Assembly (NCBI GenBank): GCA_964016885.1
Contig: OZ024742.1
Coordinates: 52,018,001-52,082,000 of the forward strand
Source of the DNA: Eledone cirrhosa
Taxonomy: Eukaryota
DNA: 64,000 nucleotides
Reading direction: 5' to 3'
The notes beneath the pieces were generated by a model. It had not been told where the DNA came from. It was given only the letters and a program-made list of their open reading frames with translations, and did not search any database. The translations under genes and the position numbers were made by a program. Within the stretch, counting starts at the first letter, position 1, and each line of letters begins with the position of its first letter. Positions 14,032 to 28,267 of the stretch are shown here, piece by piece.

Positions 14032-14601
14032 TTATATCTCCCCCCTCTCTCTCTCCCTCTCTATCCATCCCTCCCACGATGATCAATTTAATTCTCTTTA
14101 ACTCACTACATTCCACGACATGAAGTCTGCTATCAACACTGACCAAGGAATCCTTCCACCTCGACCCCTCCCTTCATCTCAGTTTGTCATTCTACTTCCT
14201 ACCTCTCCCCCTTCCTCTCTATCTATACTATTCCGTTTGTCCCCTCATTTTCTGATTCCTCTCTTTATATACTAGTAAATACAATTCCAAAAAAATGTTT
14301 TTCTCTATATATTAAGAATTATTTCAAGAGTAACTTACTCACTATTTTGAAAATTTGGACTGTGAACAACAATTATAATTGAGTGGCTGCTATTTGCACT
14401 TACCAATGAAACGCTCGTAAATACCTGGATAAAATCCTTCTCTTGATGCTTACCTGTGTTTTCTCTTTTAAACTTTATACTCCAAGATTGAACGGAATTC
14501 TTACAAACTTGTGGAGTTACACCTAACCGTACGTTGAAACCATCCATGAAACTGGCTTTCTTAACCAAGAACTGGATCACAATAAGCAATGTTTTGCTCC
14601 T

Positions 14602-14607
<6 letters not shown>
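12758..14607. mobile_element. Head-to-head fold-back of a Penelope-like 3' end, with ~830-bp arms
   Basis: 12762-13593 is the reverse complement of 13642-14470. From ~13604 the plus strand encodes CRLCDLELFNILSSKNKLLNNKIERSIYCNHRLK, resembling the C.LC..E.....LLN...E....C.H tail of PLE proteins. Both ends are in (TA)n. Confidence 0.75.
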
Positions 14608-14639
<32 letters not shown>

Positions 14640-14810
14640 TGGTAATGGGAAAATGTTATGTTTAGAGGAGACGAAGAGGGGGAGAGGAGTGGTGAAAGCA
14701 TTCTTGACACCCTCTGGTTGATTTTTTTTTTAATCATTTATTGCCGTTGTTGGTGGATGTGGTAATACAGTTACTGCTGCTGGTGTTGTTGGTGGTACAG
14801 TTATTATTGT

Positions 14811-15500
14811 TTATGTTTTGGCGTTTGACGTCCTGCTGCTGCCCGGTCTACAGTTGATGGTAACATTCTTCTTTGCCCAGTTTGCCCTAGGGATGACAAC
14901 GGCGTTTTTACTCTCAATACCCACCTGTAGCCCCACCTCAATCGGAAGGCGAATTAGGTCTGGGATCTTCTCAATTGTCTTTGTTCTGAAGAAGTATTTC
15001 CCAGACATATCCCAGACCAGTTTTCCCTCTGGGACCTCTTTACTTCCAGGAGCGTTTCGCTTACCTGTAGAACGATGCATGTGGGTCCACCAGATGTCTG
15101 TTTCTAGCGGGATCTCAGCAATATGGATCTTTAGTGTCCTTCTTCCAAAAAAGAAATAAACAAAACGAATTGGTCCGTTTTAAATCTTTGATAGGACTCG
15201 CATTTGAAGAGCACTGAGTTGCTCCCAAACAGTTTCGTCCGAGTATATTGCCAAATGTGATTCTCTCCAAAGTTGACTACACGCGGGATTGTGGGAGTCA
15301 ACTTTGGAGTGTTTGGTCTTGATACCAATACATCTATAGTTGAGAGCTTTTCGTTCTTTTGCTGCCAAAACCTCCATCGGAACGTTTGTGTTGGTCTAGG
15401 TTTCATCCATAGCTCGCTGACCTCGATACTTGTATCCGAGAAGCAGCCGAGGAAATATGCAACGTCAGGTTTGTCGACATTGGGTGGCAACAGACCACTT
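14811..15500 (-). pseudogene. Possible ORF1 (gag-like) remnant of an L1/Tx1-like LINE
   Basis: Frameshifted coding-like sequence (FFGRRTLKIHIAEIP...IEKIPDLIRLP). The family assignment is from recalled similarity only. Confidence 0.3.
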
Positions 15501-15502
15501 TA

Positions 15503-16475
15503 GCTGTCGGGTATGGCGGTCTTGGCTTCCGGTCCGCGATCTTTGCCGGCGTTTCTTTCGTCGGTAACCTCATGCCGCGTCCTCATCAGCAGGTTTCTTC
15601 AAAACACAATGGGACCGTCTGTGATCAGGGAACGTGAGGGCGCCTGTGAGACGTGGAGCCGACTGGATTTAGCCCAGTAGACGTCCCTCCTCCTTCTCCC
15701 CCTGCTGACGTCATGCCCCCCAAAGAATGTGGGATGCCATCCAGTGCAGCCTGGCTTCAGACAGGCTCACGCGCCAGCTCGATCGGCACCGCATTGTCTG
15801 TATTCCTGCGGCCTCCATACCCGACAGTGGTGCCTGGCTCCATGCCCCCCTTCTCCACTGGCACGCAGCTGGATAAAAATAGCCTGCGCATAGACGTTTC
15901 CTTGAAGCTTGGCCTCCGGATCTGCGAGCCACACTAATGTCGCTGCGGATCCACCGTGGGCTCTTTCGGCCTGCACCCGCTTTCCTGTAACAGAGTGCCG
16001 GCCGCCTTCCAGGCCATGTTGCCCTCAAAGAGTTCATAAAGTATTGCTTGGATGCTGCAGCCTTCCCTTCCCAGCTCGAGCCGGTAGGGCTGGACCGAGG
16101 GGACGGCAAAATTCTAGATGGCATGACCATATTCCCATTCCGCGGTGGCAAACCCCTCGACTGGGATGCCACTTGCATGACACTTTCTCCAGCCGCAACC
16201 TCGTGCAGTCTGTGAATAACCCAGGTTCTGCTGCACGTCGGGATGAAGAGACCAAACTCTTCAAATACCGGTCGATCTCCGACAGCTTTGCGGTTGTACC
16301 CTTGGTAATGGCGACTTCCAGGTGTCCTCGGCTCTAGGGTTACCTCCCTCCTCACGACCATAGGCGTTGAGCCGGCCAGCCGCAGGTGAGAGCCTCGCGA
16401 GCTAGAATGACTTTTCCAGCGCGTCTCCCTTTCCGTCATCCTGGGAAACGCCTTCTCCATTCTGTCCGCCGGGAC
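15503..16475 (+). mobile_element. 3' part of a CRE-clade non-LTR retrotransposon (Zn knuckle plus restriction-like endonuclease), decayed
   Basis: Across frameshifts: GYGGLG, SGAWLHAP, LGLRICEPH*CRCG...GLHPLSC, LEPVGLDRGDGKILDG, WDATC, K..KY, EPRELE*LFQRVSL...GNAFSIL. Confidence 0.85.
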
Positions 16476-17374
16476 TGTGTGGAAGCCACCAATATGATTG
16501 ACTGACTTATCATTTTATCAGTCAGATGTTCCAATGAGTCTATATATATACGGTCATATATATATAAATAGCTGGAAGTTTATAATTTGTTACTTAATTG
16601 TGGAACTATTCCACCTTTTTGGCAGCTGTTACTGTGAAAGTACATTTGTTGTTGATTATATTGCCGTTGTTGTTGTTATTGTTGTTTTTGTTGATGCTTC
16701 TGCTGTTGATGTTGTTGTCGTTGTTGTTGCTGTCGTTTTCCTTGTTGCTATCAGTGTTTTCGTTGATATTACCGTTGTTTGTGATGTTGTTGTTTTTGTT
16801 GTTGCCATTGTTTGTTGCGTTCGTTGCTTTTGCCCATGTTACTGTTATCTTGTTGTTGTTGTTGTTGTTGGCGACGTTGGCTGTGTCCTCTGTAGTGGTG
16901 ATGGTGACTCTGGCGACGTTGCTGCTGGTGGAATTCATAAAGCGATTACCGACCTTTGTACTAGAAATTGGGTCGTTGTCACGTCACAGTTTGGTGGAAG
17001 TAGAAAGGCGTGTTACCTCCATTTTAAGCGCTTGTCAACGTGAAAATTTAACTTATAAATTTCAAATATTTGTGCCAAAAGCTCAAATATTATGGGGCCG
17101 CCTTTTCTGTTTACAGTTTATAACAAAATATTTCAACAAATAACTATTTAAATAACTTAAAACAACAAACCTGCTGCAGCTGATATAAACACGTCCATGG
17201 CGAAAGAGAAATAAAATAACAACAACGAAAATAAAGATAATAATAATGGTGATAATGGCGATGATGATGATGATGATGATGATGATAAAACTTTTAATAG
17301 TCGCTTATATTTCAAATGTTTTATAACTCTTCTTTATCTTACTTTTATTTCATTAATCACACATCATTATTTCT

Positions 17375-17480
17375 TCCGCCAAGGTTAACTTTGCCTTTCA
17401 TCCTTATGGGGTCGATAAAATAAAGTACCAATAATATACTGGGTAATTGCTGGCCTTGTGCCAAAAGTAGAAACAATTAT
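17375..17480 (+). mobile_element. SINE 3' fragment
   Basis: ccgccaaggttaactttgcctttcatccttatggggtcgataaaataaagtacca...ggccttgtgccaaaagtagaaacaatta. Confidence 0.8.
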
Positions 17481-17929
17481 TTCTTTAGTCTATGATTATT
17501 CAGTTATGATTATTCTATATCATTTTTATTTCGTATAAACATTTTACGTTCAATTGTATGTTTGTCTATTACCGTTTTGTAAACATCATCTTGTGTTTCA
17601 TTTACTCATTTAATCAGTTGTTGGATTTCAACAAGCAGCAACCAATTCATACCATCAAATCGAAATGTAATATCTAGCATTACTAGTCTTTGTTATCTTT
17701 TTTCTATCTTTTCCCTTTAGTCTTCTTTTCCTTGAGCATTAAATGGCGAATCATAGAACTGTATCCAATTATATATCAACCAATGAAAATAAAATGGATA
17801 TAAACAGTGAATATCACTGATCAGCAATATTCCTTTCACCTTATACTTTATTTCATTCAAAAGTATCATTCCCATCATTAATATTATACTGATATTATTA
17901 TTAATATTTTATCAATATCTTCATTATGC

Positions 17930-18326
17930 ATTCATTATGATATCATTAATAAACAACTTCATTACGATAATCACCATCATCATCATTATCATCATCGTCA
18001 TTATCATCATCATCATCATCATCATCGTCATCATCATCATCATCATCACCATCATCATCTTTATTATTATAATCACCATGATCATCATTATAATCATCAT
18101 CATCATCTTCATTATGATTATCACCAACATCATATTTATTATCATCATCATCATCTTCATTATGATAATCATCATCATCATTATTATCATCATCATCATC
18201 ATCTTCATTATGATAATCATCATCATCATCATTATCATCATCATCATCTTCATTATGATTATCACCAACATCATCATTATTATCATCATCATCATCTTCA
18301 TTATGATAATCACCATCATCATCATT

Positions 18327-18402
<76 letters not shown>

Positions 18403-18425
18403 GCATCAGCAGCAGCAGCAGCATC
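17930..18425. repeat. (ATC)n/(ATT)n compound trinucleotide microsatellite
   Basis: Directly visible; it produces the spurious poly-I, poly-M and poly-D ORFs. Confidence 0.95.
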
Positions 18426-18619
18426 GAAAACATCATTAGAGCCGTTAAATTGATTACAATCAACATTATTCTCTTTTATCAATCATTCAATTCATATACA
18501 ACATCTTCAGTGAGAAAATGAGAAATATAACATTTTTGTGAGAATAAAATTACGGCATACAAACTAACAAAACATGATCATTGTTTCTAAACTTGGGTTT
18601 ATCTCCTGCAAAAATGGTT

Positions 18620-18833
18620 TCTTATTTAGGCACAAGGTCAGCAATTTTGGGGGAGAGGAAAGTCGATTAAATCAACACCAGTGCGTGACTGGTACTTTAT
18701 TTTATCGGCCTCCGTAAGGATGAAAGATAAAGTTAACATCGGCGGGATTTGAACTCAGATAATAAAGGGCCGTAACTCTATGCTGCAAAGCATGGTGCCC
18801 GACCCTCTACCGATACTGCCAATCCACCGCCCT
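18620..18833 (-). mobile_element. tRNA-derived SINE, near full length
   Basis: Reverse complement of the 19043-19232 family, including A- and B-box-like motifs. Confidence 0.8.
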
Positions 18834-18920
18834 AATCTCCTCCAAAAATGAAATTTATATACAACAGAAGGTATTCTGGTCTCACTTTCTTATATCTCTT
18901 CTAGTTTTTTTGCCATTGGG

Positions 18921-19032
18921 AAATCCCGCCGAGGTTAACTTTGCCTTTCATCCTTACGGGTCGATAAAATAAAGTACCAGTAATGTATTGGATAATTGCT
19001 GGCCTTGTGCCAAATGTAGAAACAATTATTTC
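18921..19032 (+). mobile_element. SINE 3' half, directly upstream of a full copy
   Basis: Duplicates 19124-19240. Confidence 0.8.
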
Positions 19033-19042
19033 TCTAAACGTA

Positions 19043-19232
19043 GGCGGTGGATTGGCAGTATCGGTAGAGAGTCGGACACCATGCTTTGAAGCATAGAGTT
19101 ACGTCCATTTATGATCTGATTTCAAATCCCGCCGAGGTTAACTTTGCCTTTCATCCTTACGGGGTCGATAAAATAAAGTACCAGTAATGCACTGGTTAAT
19201 TGCTGGCCTTGTGCCAAAATTAGGAACAATTA
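19043..19232 (+). mobile_element. tRNA-derived SINE, full length
   Basis: A-box-like tggcagtatcgg, B-box-like gatttcaaatccc, and a central gcctttcatccttacggggtcgataaaataaagtaccag motif (recalled as MetaSINE-like). About 10 copies occur in the window. Confidence 0.85.
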
Positions 19233-19667
19233 TTTCTCTAAACGTAGTGTAAATAACCTGGGATGTACATACCGACACAAAGATACTGACAAAGTCACAC
19301 ACGAACACACACACGCACATAAACATATATATATATATGTGTGTGTGCGTGTGTACATGTGTTTGTGTTTGACTTGAATCTTGTGTGGAAACAGATATTG
19401 TAATACTTTGGGACTGCACATAAAAACAAACGTACCTTTTACATTTCACTTTAATCTATTATAAAATTCGAGGCGGTTAGTTTAATGATCGGATGGTAGT
19501 TTATGGTGTATATCCGGAGTGCATCACATTAATAGGAGTTACAAGGTAATTTACACACTGCTCAAAAGAACATGGACAATACGACAGCAATATTACAATA
19601 CTTAATCTGTGTATGTAGCTGTGAATACTTGAAAACATAAAAATAATTATGGTTTTAGAATAGCGAG

Positions 19668-19712
19668 TGTCCGCCGGGGCTGTGGGGAGGCCAGCACGCG
19701 GAACCCCATTTT
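19668..19712 (+). mobile_element. Short CRE-like 3' fragment
   Basis: gtccgccggggctgtggg matches the ends of the CRE copies at 16464 and 31458-31476 (minus). Confidence 0.45.
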
Positions 19713-20893
19713 CACCCCATACGGAGAGATGGGGAGGGCGAGAGAGATGGAGGCGATGACAGTTGGAGTTCGGCTCTTCCATGTTCGGACCATATCCTTG
19801 TGGTTGTGTTCATTAAGCACTAGTGCAGTAATGAAATCAGTACCTTGTGAGTGGGACATAATCTTTATGTACGAAATCAGATTGAACTGACTTGAACAAA
19901 CAAAGCTTATAGATCTAATTGAGAAATATGGGCGCATATTAATACAGATATATCATACTTGATCACAGTTGTATTTTCGATAACAATTTTCAATAAATTG
20001 CTATTTACTGTCCATATACATAAATGCATACAGACACAGGCATGCACATACAAATTAATATAAATGTGTACATGTATGATGTATGTGTATATGGAGATGT
20101 ATAGGAATTAATAACTCTATGTGTGCCTGCGTCATCTCATTTACAATAAATGCGATTTTTAATAGATGTTCACAGCACATTTAACTCTTGAATTACAATT
20201 CAAAATATCGATAGAAAATCTTACATTTACAATGTAAATCGCACGGCTTTTTGTTTTCTGGTAGCCGAAACTATTTCAAATAAATATGCGTTAGGTTTCC
20301 CATGAGCATAGATTATTTGTAATTAAGTAATCCTTACAAATATCGAAAGCATCATTGTTAATTTTGTTTTAGAAAGTTTTAATATTGTCAAATAGAATTT
20401 GGCTTTGTTTCAAATGAAATGATTATATAATTATTAATGTACAACATATGTTTTCATGGCATATTTGACGGTATTTTTCTTTTTTAATATCTGACTGCAT
20501 CCAATTATATAGAGAAGAACTTCTGAATGTGTTACTCTACTGATTTCTGCTTTGATATAATGTACACACACACAAACATACACACACTCACGCACATACC
20601 AACATATACACACGCACGCACACACAAACTAATACACAGATTAATTCACACATAAACCAATATATATATAAACATATCTATATAAACATTTATTGATATT
20701 CTACGGTAGGGTGAACTGGGAAGACCACAAATCAGAGAAGTATTCTGTACACGGTATGCTTCAGAATGGGTATATATATATATATTTATATATATATATA
20801 TATGTGTGTGTATGTGTGTATCTATATATATGTACCTATATATATATATGGAATACTGTTGGCTTCCTGCTCACAATAATTTCTATACTTTTC

Positions 20894-20944
<51 letters not shown>

Positions 20945-21347
20945 ACATAAATACCTACAAGTGAAATATTAATTTTAATTTTACCAATTAGATACATCAT
21001 TGGTAACTTAAACATTTTGTATTCGATAAATATATTAGTATTGATTGTTCTGGATTTACAAAACTAGAATTTGCAGGGGAACAGATCTTCTTATATATTA
21101 AGCTAATTATATTACCTACCAAATAATATATCAATTTGAAATACATTGGGAAATTAAATAAAGGTTTCTTCTCAGTCAAAGAACTTGATTCGTGCTAGTT
21201 CATTTCATAGTTTTCTTTTTTGGACAAACAATATTATTTTATAAATGGCAATACCGAAAAATTCTAGTGATTCCAAACCTCACATGTTTACTGTAATAAG
21301 CAGAAGCACGCGTATCTCTCTCCTATTCTCTTTCCACTTTCTGTCAT

Positions 21348-21382
<35 letters not shown>

Positions 21383-21576
21383 ATGTGTGTATGTGTGCGT
21401 ACATGTGTGTTTATATACATATACACAAACAAAATACACGCATATATACATATATATATATATATACATTTGCGCGATCATTAGTGTGGCGTTGTATGGT
21501 TTTGAAGGCAATTATTTTAATAGCTATTCTCAAGATATTTTCATCTACGTAATTATCATATGTATACGCCGAATTC

Positions 21577-21638
<62 letters not shown>

Positions 21639-21666
21639 TATGTATGTATCTCTCTCTCTATCTCTA

Positions 21667-21704
<38 letters not shown>

Positions 21705-21746
21705 ATGAAAATTGGAACGGGAACAAAACAGAGAGGGTGTTCGAAC

Positions 21747-22149
<403 letters not shown>

Positions 22150-22569
22150 AAGGTTTGTCTGTGCGTGTAGGTTTCAGTGTCTGTGTGTATGTTTCTGATT
22201 GTCGCGGGTAAATATACGTATTATGAATTAATTCATGTAATAGCTTCAGTTTTTACATTTATTGTGCATCTGGTTTATTCCTGCCTGATGCTGTCTGATT
22301 TACTGTCAGGATATCAAAGCCAAATCATTCATAGACAAACTGAAAAGAATACACAAAAAGAAAGGCTAAATTAAATGAATAAATAAATGACTAGGACCTT
22401 GGAAATTCCATGTAAAAATTTGAAATAACCACCAAGTATTGATGATCAATATAAATATATTCAACAAGAAATAAATCCAATAAATTTAGCTTATGATTGA
22501 AACTGCAAAATGTTACTCGTTTATAATTTGAATATAAACAATGTTTCATGAAAGTCATTCTCTTTAAAT

Positions 22570-22665
<96 letters not shown>

Positions 22666-23902
22666 CTCTCTCTTCATATCTATCTATCTCTTGCTCTCCT
22701 ATATCACGCACACGCACATAGACACAACTATTCTCACAGGTCCAGAATTAAGAACGCATGTACTTACACATGTACTTCAAACCACCCAGGAATACCTTAC
22801 AAACATCGTAGATCCTAATCTACCCTAATCTGCTAGGGTTCTATATAAGTCCGTCACTGCCCTCTCTTCTCGAAACTGTCCAACCTTCAAGCACGCGGTC
22901 AGAGTAAGCCTATTCGTTCGGACTATCCTTACTATTTTAAATTAAGATGGTATTGTTTTTTCCCCAACTTACACAAAGTTTGATGAAAAAGTGTTTTCTT
23001 CTTGATTTGTTTTGAATTAAGATTGTGTTACTTTTTCCCTCATTTTGCATTAAATATTTGTTCATCTTGATGGTATATTCACTTATATACCTGAATTACT
23101 GTTGGCATTTTGCTTACATTGATTTTATTTTCATATATATATATATATATCAGCTTTAGAAATGTGCTTTATGTATTATTAAATAGATAGGCAAATAACA
23201 GTCCACACTCACACAAACACGCGCAGGTTCCACTCAAGCACAGCCGTAGATATTATGAACTGATGCGCACAGCTATAAATGAAAAATGTAAAATCTTTAT
23301 AGCCAGTTGAAAAGATTGTAAAATAGTACTCTACCTATCAATCAATGTCTATTTTATTTTTATTTTCAATTTCAATCTCCAATATCAGGAAAAAATATAA
23401 CACACAATAATTCTAAAATTTACATTAAAATTAGAGAATAGTATATTTTGATAAAAATTGATTAAACCGAGTAAGTTTTAAAATAAAATAACAAAATATA
23501 ATTATAAGGAGACTAAAATAAATATAAAATTACAGAAACCTATCATGAATTTTTATCGTTCCCGTAAAATTTGAAAATAGTCAGACGAAATTGGAGATAA
23601 TTGAATTAATTATTTTCCTATATTCAGCAACATTTATATTACATGTCTGTCATCTGGTATTGGAGACATATCAAGGATATATCGATTTGTTTAGCTGCTT
23701 TTTTTATTATATCAGCTGGCCTGATCACTAATATCCAATTTTATTGACATCATTCCAGACATTTCTAAGTAGTACTTCTTCTAACACATGACCGATAACG
23801 AGAGGGTTTAGCAGCAATTTATCGGAATTTCCAGTAGAACACACTGTATTGGGTTTAATTTTTTTAATTATAACTGTTCTGCGGTATACATACATATACA
23901 CA

Positions 23903-24612
23903 TGATGATGGCTGCCCCCTCGTTATCGAGTATGGCCATTTCACGATATACCATTATTAATAATTATTAATTAATTCTATGGTGCAATGCCTGTGCGTGA
24001 AGATTTTTTTTAAAGCGAGGAAAGACTGTGCACTGACCCAATCACTCTCTCTGAACAACAGTAGTTATAACCCGAAAGTAAGAAAAGATCAACATCATCA
24101 ATAACTACTGAGACTCAGGTTTTATATCGGAGTTATCCCAGTTTCCTGTGATGCCTTCTCCTGGAGGAATGTCCTAACAAAGCCTAGGGGTCCTTCACTC
24201 CCAGTGGTTTAACCGCACGATCCGATATCCAGCCCGATTATTCTATGTCCCCATATACACACATACATATATACACACATACATACATACATACATATAT
24301 ATATACATACATGATGATGATGGCTGCCCCTTCGTTATCGAGTATGGCCATTTCACGATATACCATTATTAATAATTATTAATTAATTCTATCGTGCAAT
24401 GCCTGTGCTGGAAGATATTTTTTAAAGTGAGGAAAGACTGTGCACAGAGCCAATCGCACTCTCTGAGCGACAGTAACTATAACCCGAAAAGAAGAAAAGA
24501 TGAACATCACCGGTAACTACTGAGCAACAGGTTTTATATCGGAGTTATCCCAGTTTCCTGAGTTGGTTTCTCATAGAGGAATGCCCTGACAAAGCCTAGG
24601 GGTCCTTCACTC
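23903..24612. repeat. Diverged tandem duplication (~415 bp) of a dispersed repeat; related pieces at 25392-25537 and 26190-26790
   Basis: gatggctgcccc..cgttatcgagtatggccatttcacga...aaagcctaggggtccttcactc occurs twice. Confidence 0.8.
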
Positions 24613-26189
24613 GCAACTATTTCTATGAAATCGCGCATATACATACACATACACCCATGTATACACACATATGTACATGTACATGTGTATATACATATTT
24701 TCACATTTTTGGATGGCCGTTGACTGTTATGAGTTCTTCCGCCATTTATACATGCATACATATATACATGCATACATATATACATACATACGTGTATGTA
24801 ATTAGGAAAATAAGTTTTTATATCAGTACATTTTTATGAATGAATAATATTTATGTCGCGCCAAAGTTTAATACTCAGTGTATTAAATGATATTCCAAGG
24901 AAATTCTCTCTCTATCTTACATTAGATTTATAATTGTGTTTCTTTGTGTGTGCGAATCTGTGTATATGTGTGTGTCACGTGTGTAGGTTTCTGTGTGTGT
25001 GTGTATATATGTATGGCATTAGTATATTCATGGACGTGTGAAGAAGGTTATATTTTCAATAAAATAAATAGCGACATTCGAAAGTCTGTTAATCTAATCT
25101 AAATCTAATCTAATTTACACTCGCAAATAAGAAGAACGAGGCCCGCCCCTAGGAACATTGGATTTGGTGTACTTCATATTTGTTTCGGTTGATGAATACA
25201 ATCAGGGGTCACTGCTTCTGCTGAAGGGCAATAGTTCTCTTCTAATTCGAGCGGGAGCGCGTTTCCATTGTCAATTTGCATTGATCATCTGCAAAGCCGC
25301 ATTGTTTTCAGAACCACTACACCAGTCTTTCGATGCCTGCAGGTGGAACTACTGCCACCCATTGATTTGGCAGGATATTCTTTTCTTTTTTATCTGGCCG
25401 TTGACTCTTATGATTTCTTCCGCTCTTTGTCAGGTTTTGTCTTTAGTCCTGCAGGGTGTCCAAAATCACCCTCCTCACCAAGTAAACTTGGTAGGGTTGC
25501 CAGTTTAGTCTCCGACGACCCCACCATTTGACAGGTTTTCGGACTCAAAAGTGTGTTAAATATGTCTCATTTCTAACTTAACAGATGATTGTATACACAC
25601 CTTTTAGATGAGATCCATATATCCCCCTATTTAGGAAATAACTATTCTTTAATGTTACGAATTGCCTCTCTAATCAGAGACCGAGGAACATTTTAGGAAG
25701 TTACAAAATTTCACGGAGGTTTGAGCCACAGTCTTAATATATAGATGTGTGGAGAATGTTTAAATTGTTTCTCAAATTTATGAAAATGGGTTGTTTGCTG
25801 TTTCGTTTTTTGTTTTTTTTTAAGTTTTTCCTTGTTTCTATTTACTCAATTAGAAGTTACCATATTCTATATAGACAGAAGCTATTTACAATGCCCATTT
25901 CCGGAAATGGCTTTTGGAGAAAATTCAGAAAAATGTCAAAGCCACAATTACACCACGATTAACAGTCACATACATATGACATGGTAATTAATTTCCCTTC
26001 TCCAACTTTTGAGCATTAAGCACTTTACGAACTGTACACGACACTGAAACACCCATGTACATACAGACACATTTACATAATGCTTATATACCTTACATAA
26101 TGCATATATACAAACATACATACCCACATACATACACAATACATATATATATATATATATATACATACATAATACATATATATATATAT

Positions 26190-26790
26190 ATGGTGGCTGC
26201 CAACTCGTTTTCGAGTACGGCCACTACTTTATATCCATGTAGGAGAACCCCTACCGATGCGCTGAACGAGTGTGACTTTTTAGTCCAGCCAGTGACTTGA
26301 AAACTCTGGTACAAACACTACACTTGTGACAATTATTGACACATAGTGCTAGGCCCATGGTACCACGTGACGACAAGTGCAGAGAGATCTCCAGATATAA
26401 AGCAATGCCTGTGCCGTGAAGCTTTTATAGTAAGCAAAGGCACTGCACAAAGCCAGTCCCACTCTCTTAACCAAGATGATATTTATCAAAAAGAAGAACA
26501 AGTCAACATCATTGGATACCATCAGGGTTGCAGGTGTTATATCAGAGTTTTCCTTCTCCTAGAATTCTGCCTTGACAAAGGCTAAGGGGTCATCTCTCCC
26601 GGTGATTTTGGATGGCCATTGACTCTTAAGAGCTCCTTTGCCCTTTGACAGGTTTTGTTTTTAGTCCTGCAGGATGTCCAAAGTCACCCTCCTCACCAAG
26701 AAACCTTGGTGGGGTTGCCAGTTTAGTCGCCAACGACCCGACCATGAGACAGGTTGTACTGGGATACATGTTACCAGTAGCACCAACTGG
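26190..26790 (-). mobile_element. Unclassified dispersed repeat, possibly a SINE or LINE 5' UTR derivative
   Basis: Shares blocks with 23903-24740 and 25392-25537, including gttgccagtttagtc.ccgacgacc. Orientation is inferred. Confidence 0.45.
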
Positions 26791-26989
26791 TGACCTGACA
26801 TATGTACACACATACATATATATGTATATATGTATATATGTACATCTATATATGTGTGTGTGTGTATGTGTGTGTATTTACTGTATTGATATCCATAACG
26901 CTAGCATGCCACCATTTTCAGAAATGCAACAAACATATTAACAGAAAATTAGCATGATTAAAGCAATTGAAACTGAAATAAAACTTCCG

Positions 26990-27330
26990 AGGTGTAACGA
27001 AAAAAAAACCCCAGATAATATCGATTTAGTTAGGGGTAAAAACAAAAGAGGTACACACTATACAAAGACATTATGGCGACACAAACTACAAAGGTAGTCA
27101 CTGAAGAGGTCACAGAACGTGTCACGAAATAGCTTTGATAATCAATATCTAAACAACCAGCCGTTCATTTAACTAACCGATTAGAACTTATAATAATAAA
27201 TTGAAGTGAAACTGAACTGGCGGTGTGATTTTATCGGCAGCATGATCCTCACAAATTAAATTGATATGTATATTGAAACATGTTTCCACATCAGAAATCT
27301 TGCAAACCAATTGCTAAAACGAATTATAAA
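26990..27330 (+). mobile_element. PLE-type 3' end with a degenerate hammerhead (family F2, related to 60252-60830 and ~19380-19480)
   Basis: 27097-27139 reads gtca CTGAAGA ggtcacagaacgtgtcac GAAA tagc TT tgat. The downstream sequence is homologous to 60690-60830. Confidence 0.7.
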
Positions 27331-27430
27331 ACGATGTATATATATATACGGAATATGAATATATATATTATATATATATATATATAGAGAGAGAGAGAAA
27401 GAGAGAGAGGGGGAGAGAGAGAGAGGGAGA

Positions 27431-27810
27431 GAAATCGAAGAATCAGTGATGCGTTGGAACACAATTTATTACGTATTACAATTGTTTCTCCGGCGAACAG
27501 CTCGAGGTGCGATCTGTGTGTGTGGATCGAACCTGACTCTGGATTCGCAAGTAACTCAGAGACGTCTTTGAAAGAATGTGCTTCGAAATCACTAAACGTA
27601 TCTGAGTAACTTGCGATTCCCGAGTCAGGTTCGATCAACAGGTCGCACCTCGAGCCGTTCGCCGGAGAAACAATTGTAATACGTAATAAATTGTGTTCCG
27701 ATGCATCACAGATTCTTCGGTTTCCATATTGTCATACTCTGCTCTGAAGGAGCACAGAGTGCTCAACCGGCATACCGCCTATGGGCGTATCCTAGCAACC
27801 ATACGACATA
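27431..27810. repeat. Fold-back with ~135-bp arms, followed by a degenerate HHR-like motif
   Basis: 27431-27565 is the reverse complement of 27596-27724. 27744-27770 reads ctgaag gagcac aga gtgctc aa ccgg. Confidence 0.8.
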
Positions 27811-28267
27811 TATATTATATATATATATATAATCAATCGCCACCAACAAATGCGAGACAGTTCTCCAGAAAGTTAACCAGGGTTTCTTAAAAACATCCCA
27901 ACCAAGTTAACAAAAGACTAATTATATCTACATAGCAAACTTATGACATAAAATTGTAAAATTATAAAATTAAATTATTTCTATATATATAAAACGGAAG
28001 TTGTCTGCATTTCCAGATTTCTCTACCGATTTTGATGATTTTTTTCCAATGTGCTCCAAACTTACCAACGATGGTCACCGCGTAATAAACTTTGCCAAAA
28101 ATGTCCTGCTTCTATGAAAAAAATCGATAAAACTAAATACATGCTGTAACCCTCTCTCTTACACGCTTATTCACTCTCAATACTACCCTAAAAAATCTAT
28201 GAAACTACATACATGTTGCAACTCACACTATACATATATATCACACACACCCATATACATATACATC

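Noticed and set aside
15711-16460. 249-aa minus-strand ORF
   Set aside because: It is the antisense shadow of the plus-strand CRE endonuclease region.
16498-17143. Hydrophobic 181-aa ORFs resembling membrane proteins
   Set aside because: They derive from a degenerate (GTT)n repeat.
17924-18521. Poly-M, poly-I and poly-D ORFs
   Set aside because: These are translations of an (ATC)n microsatellite.
19043-19130. tRNA gene
   Set aside because: A and B boxes are present but there is no cloverleaf; it continues into a repeated SINE body.
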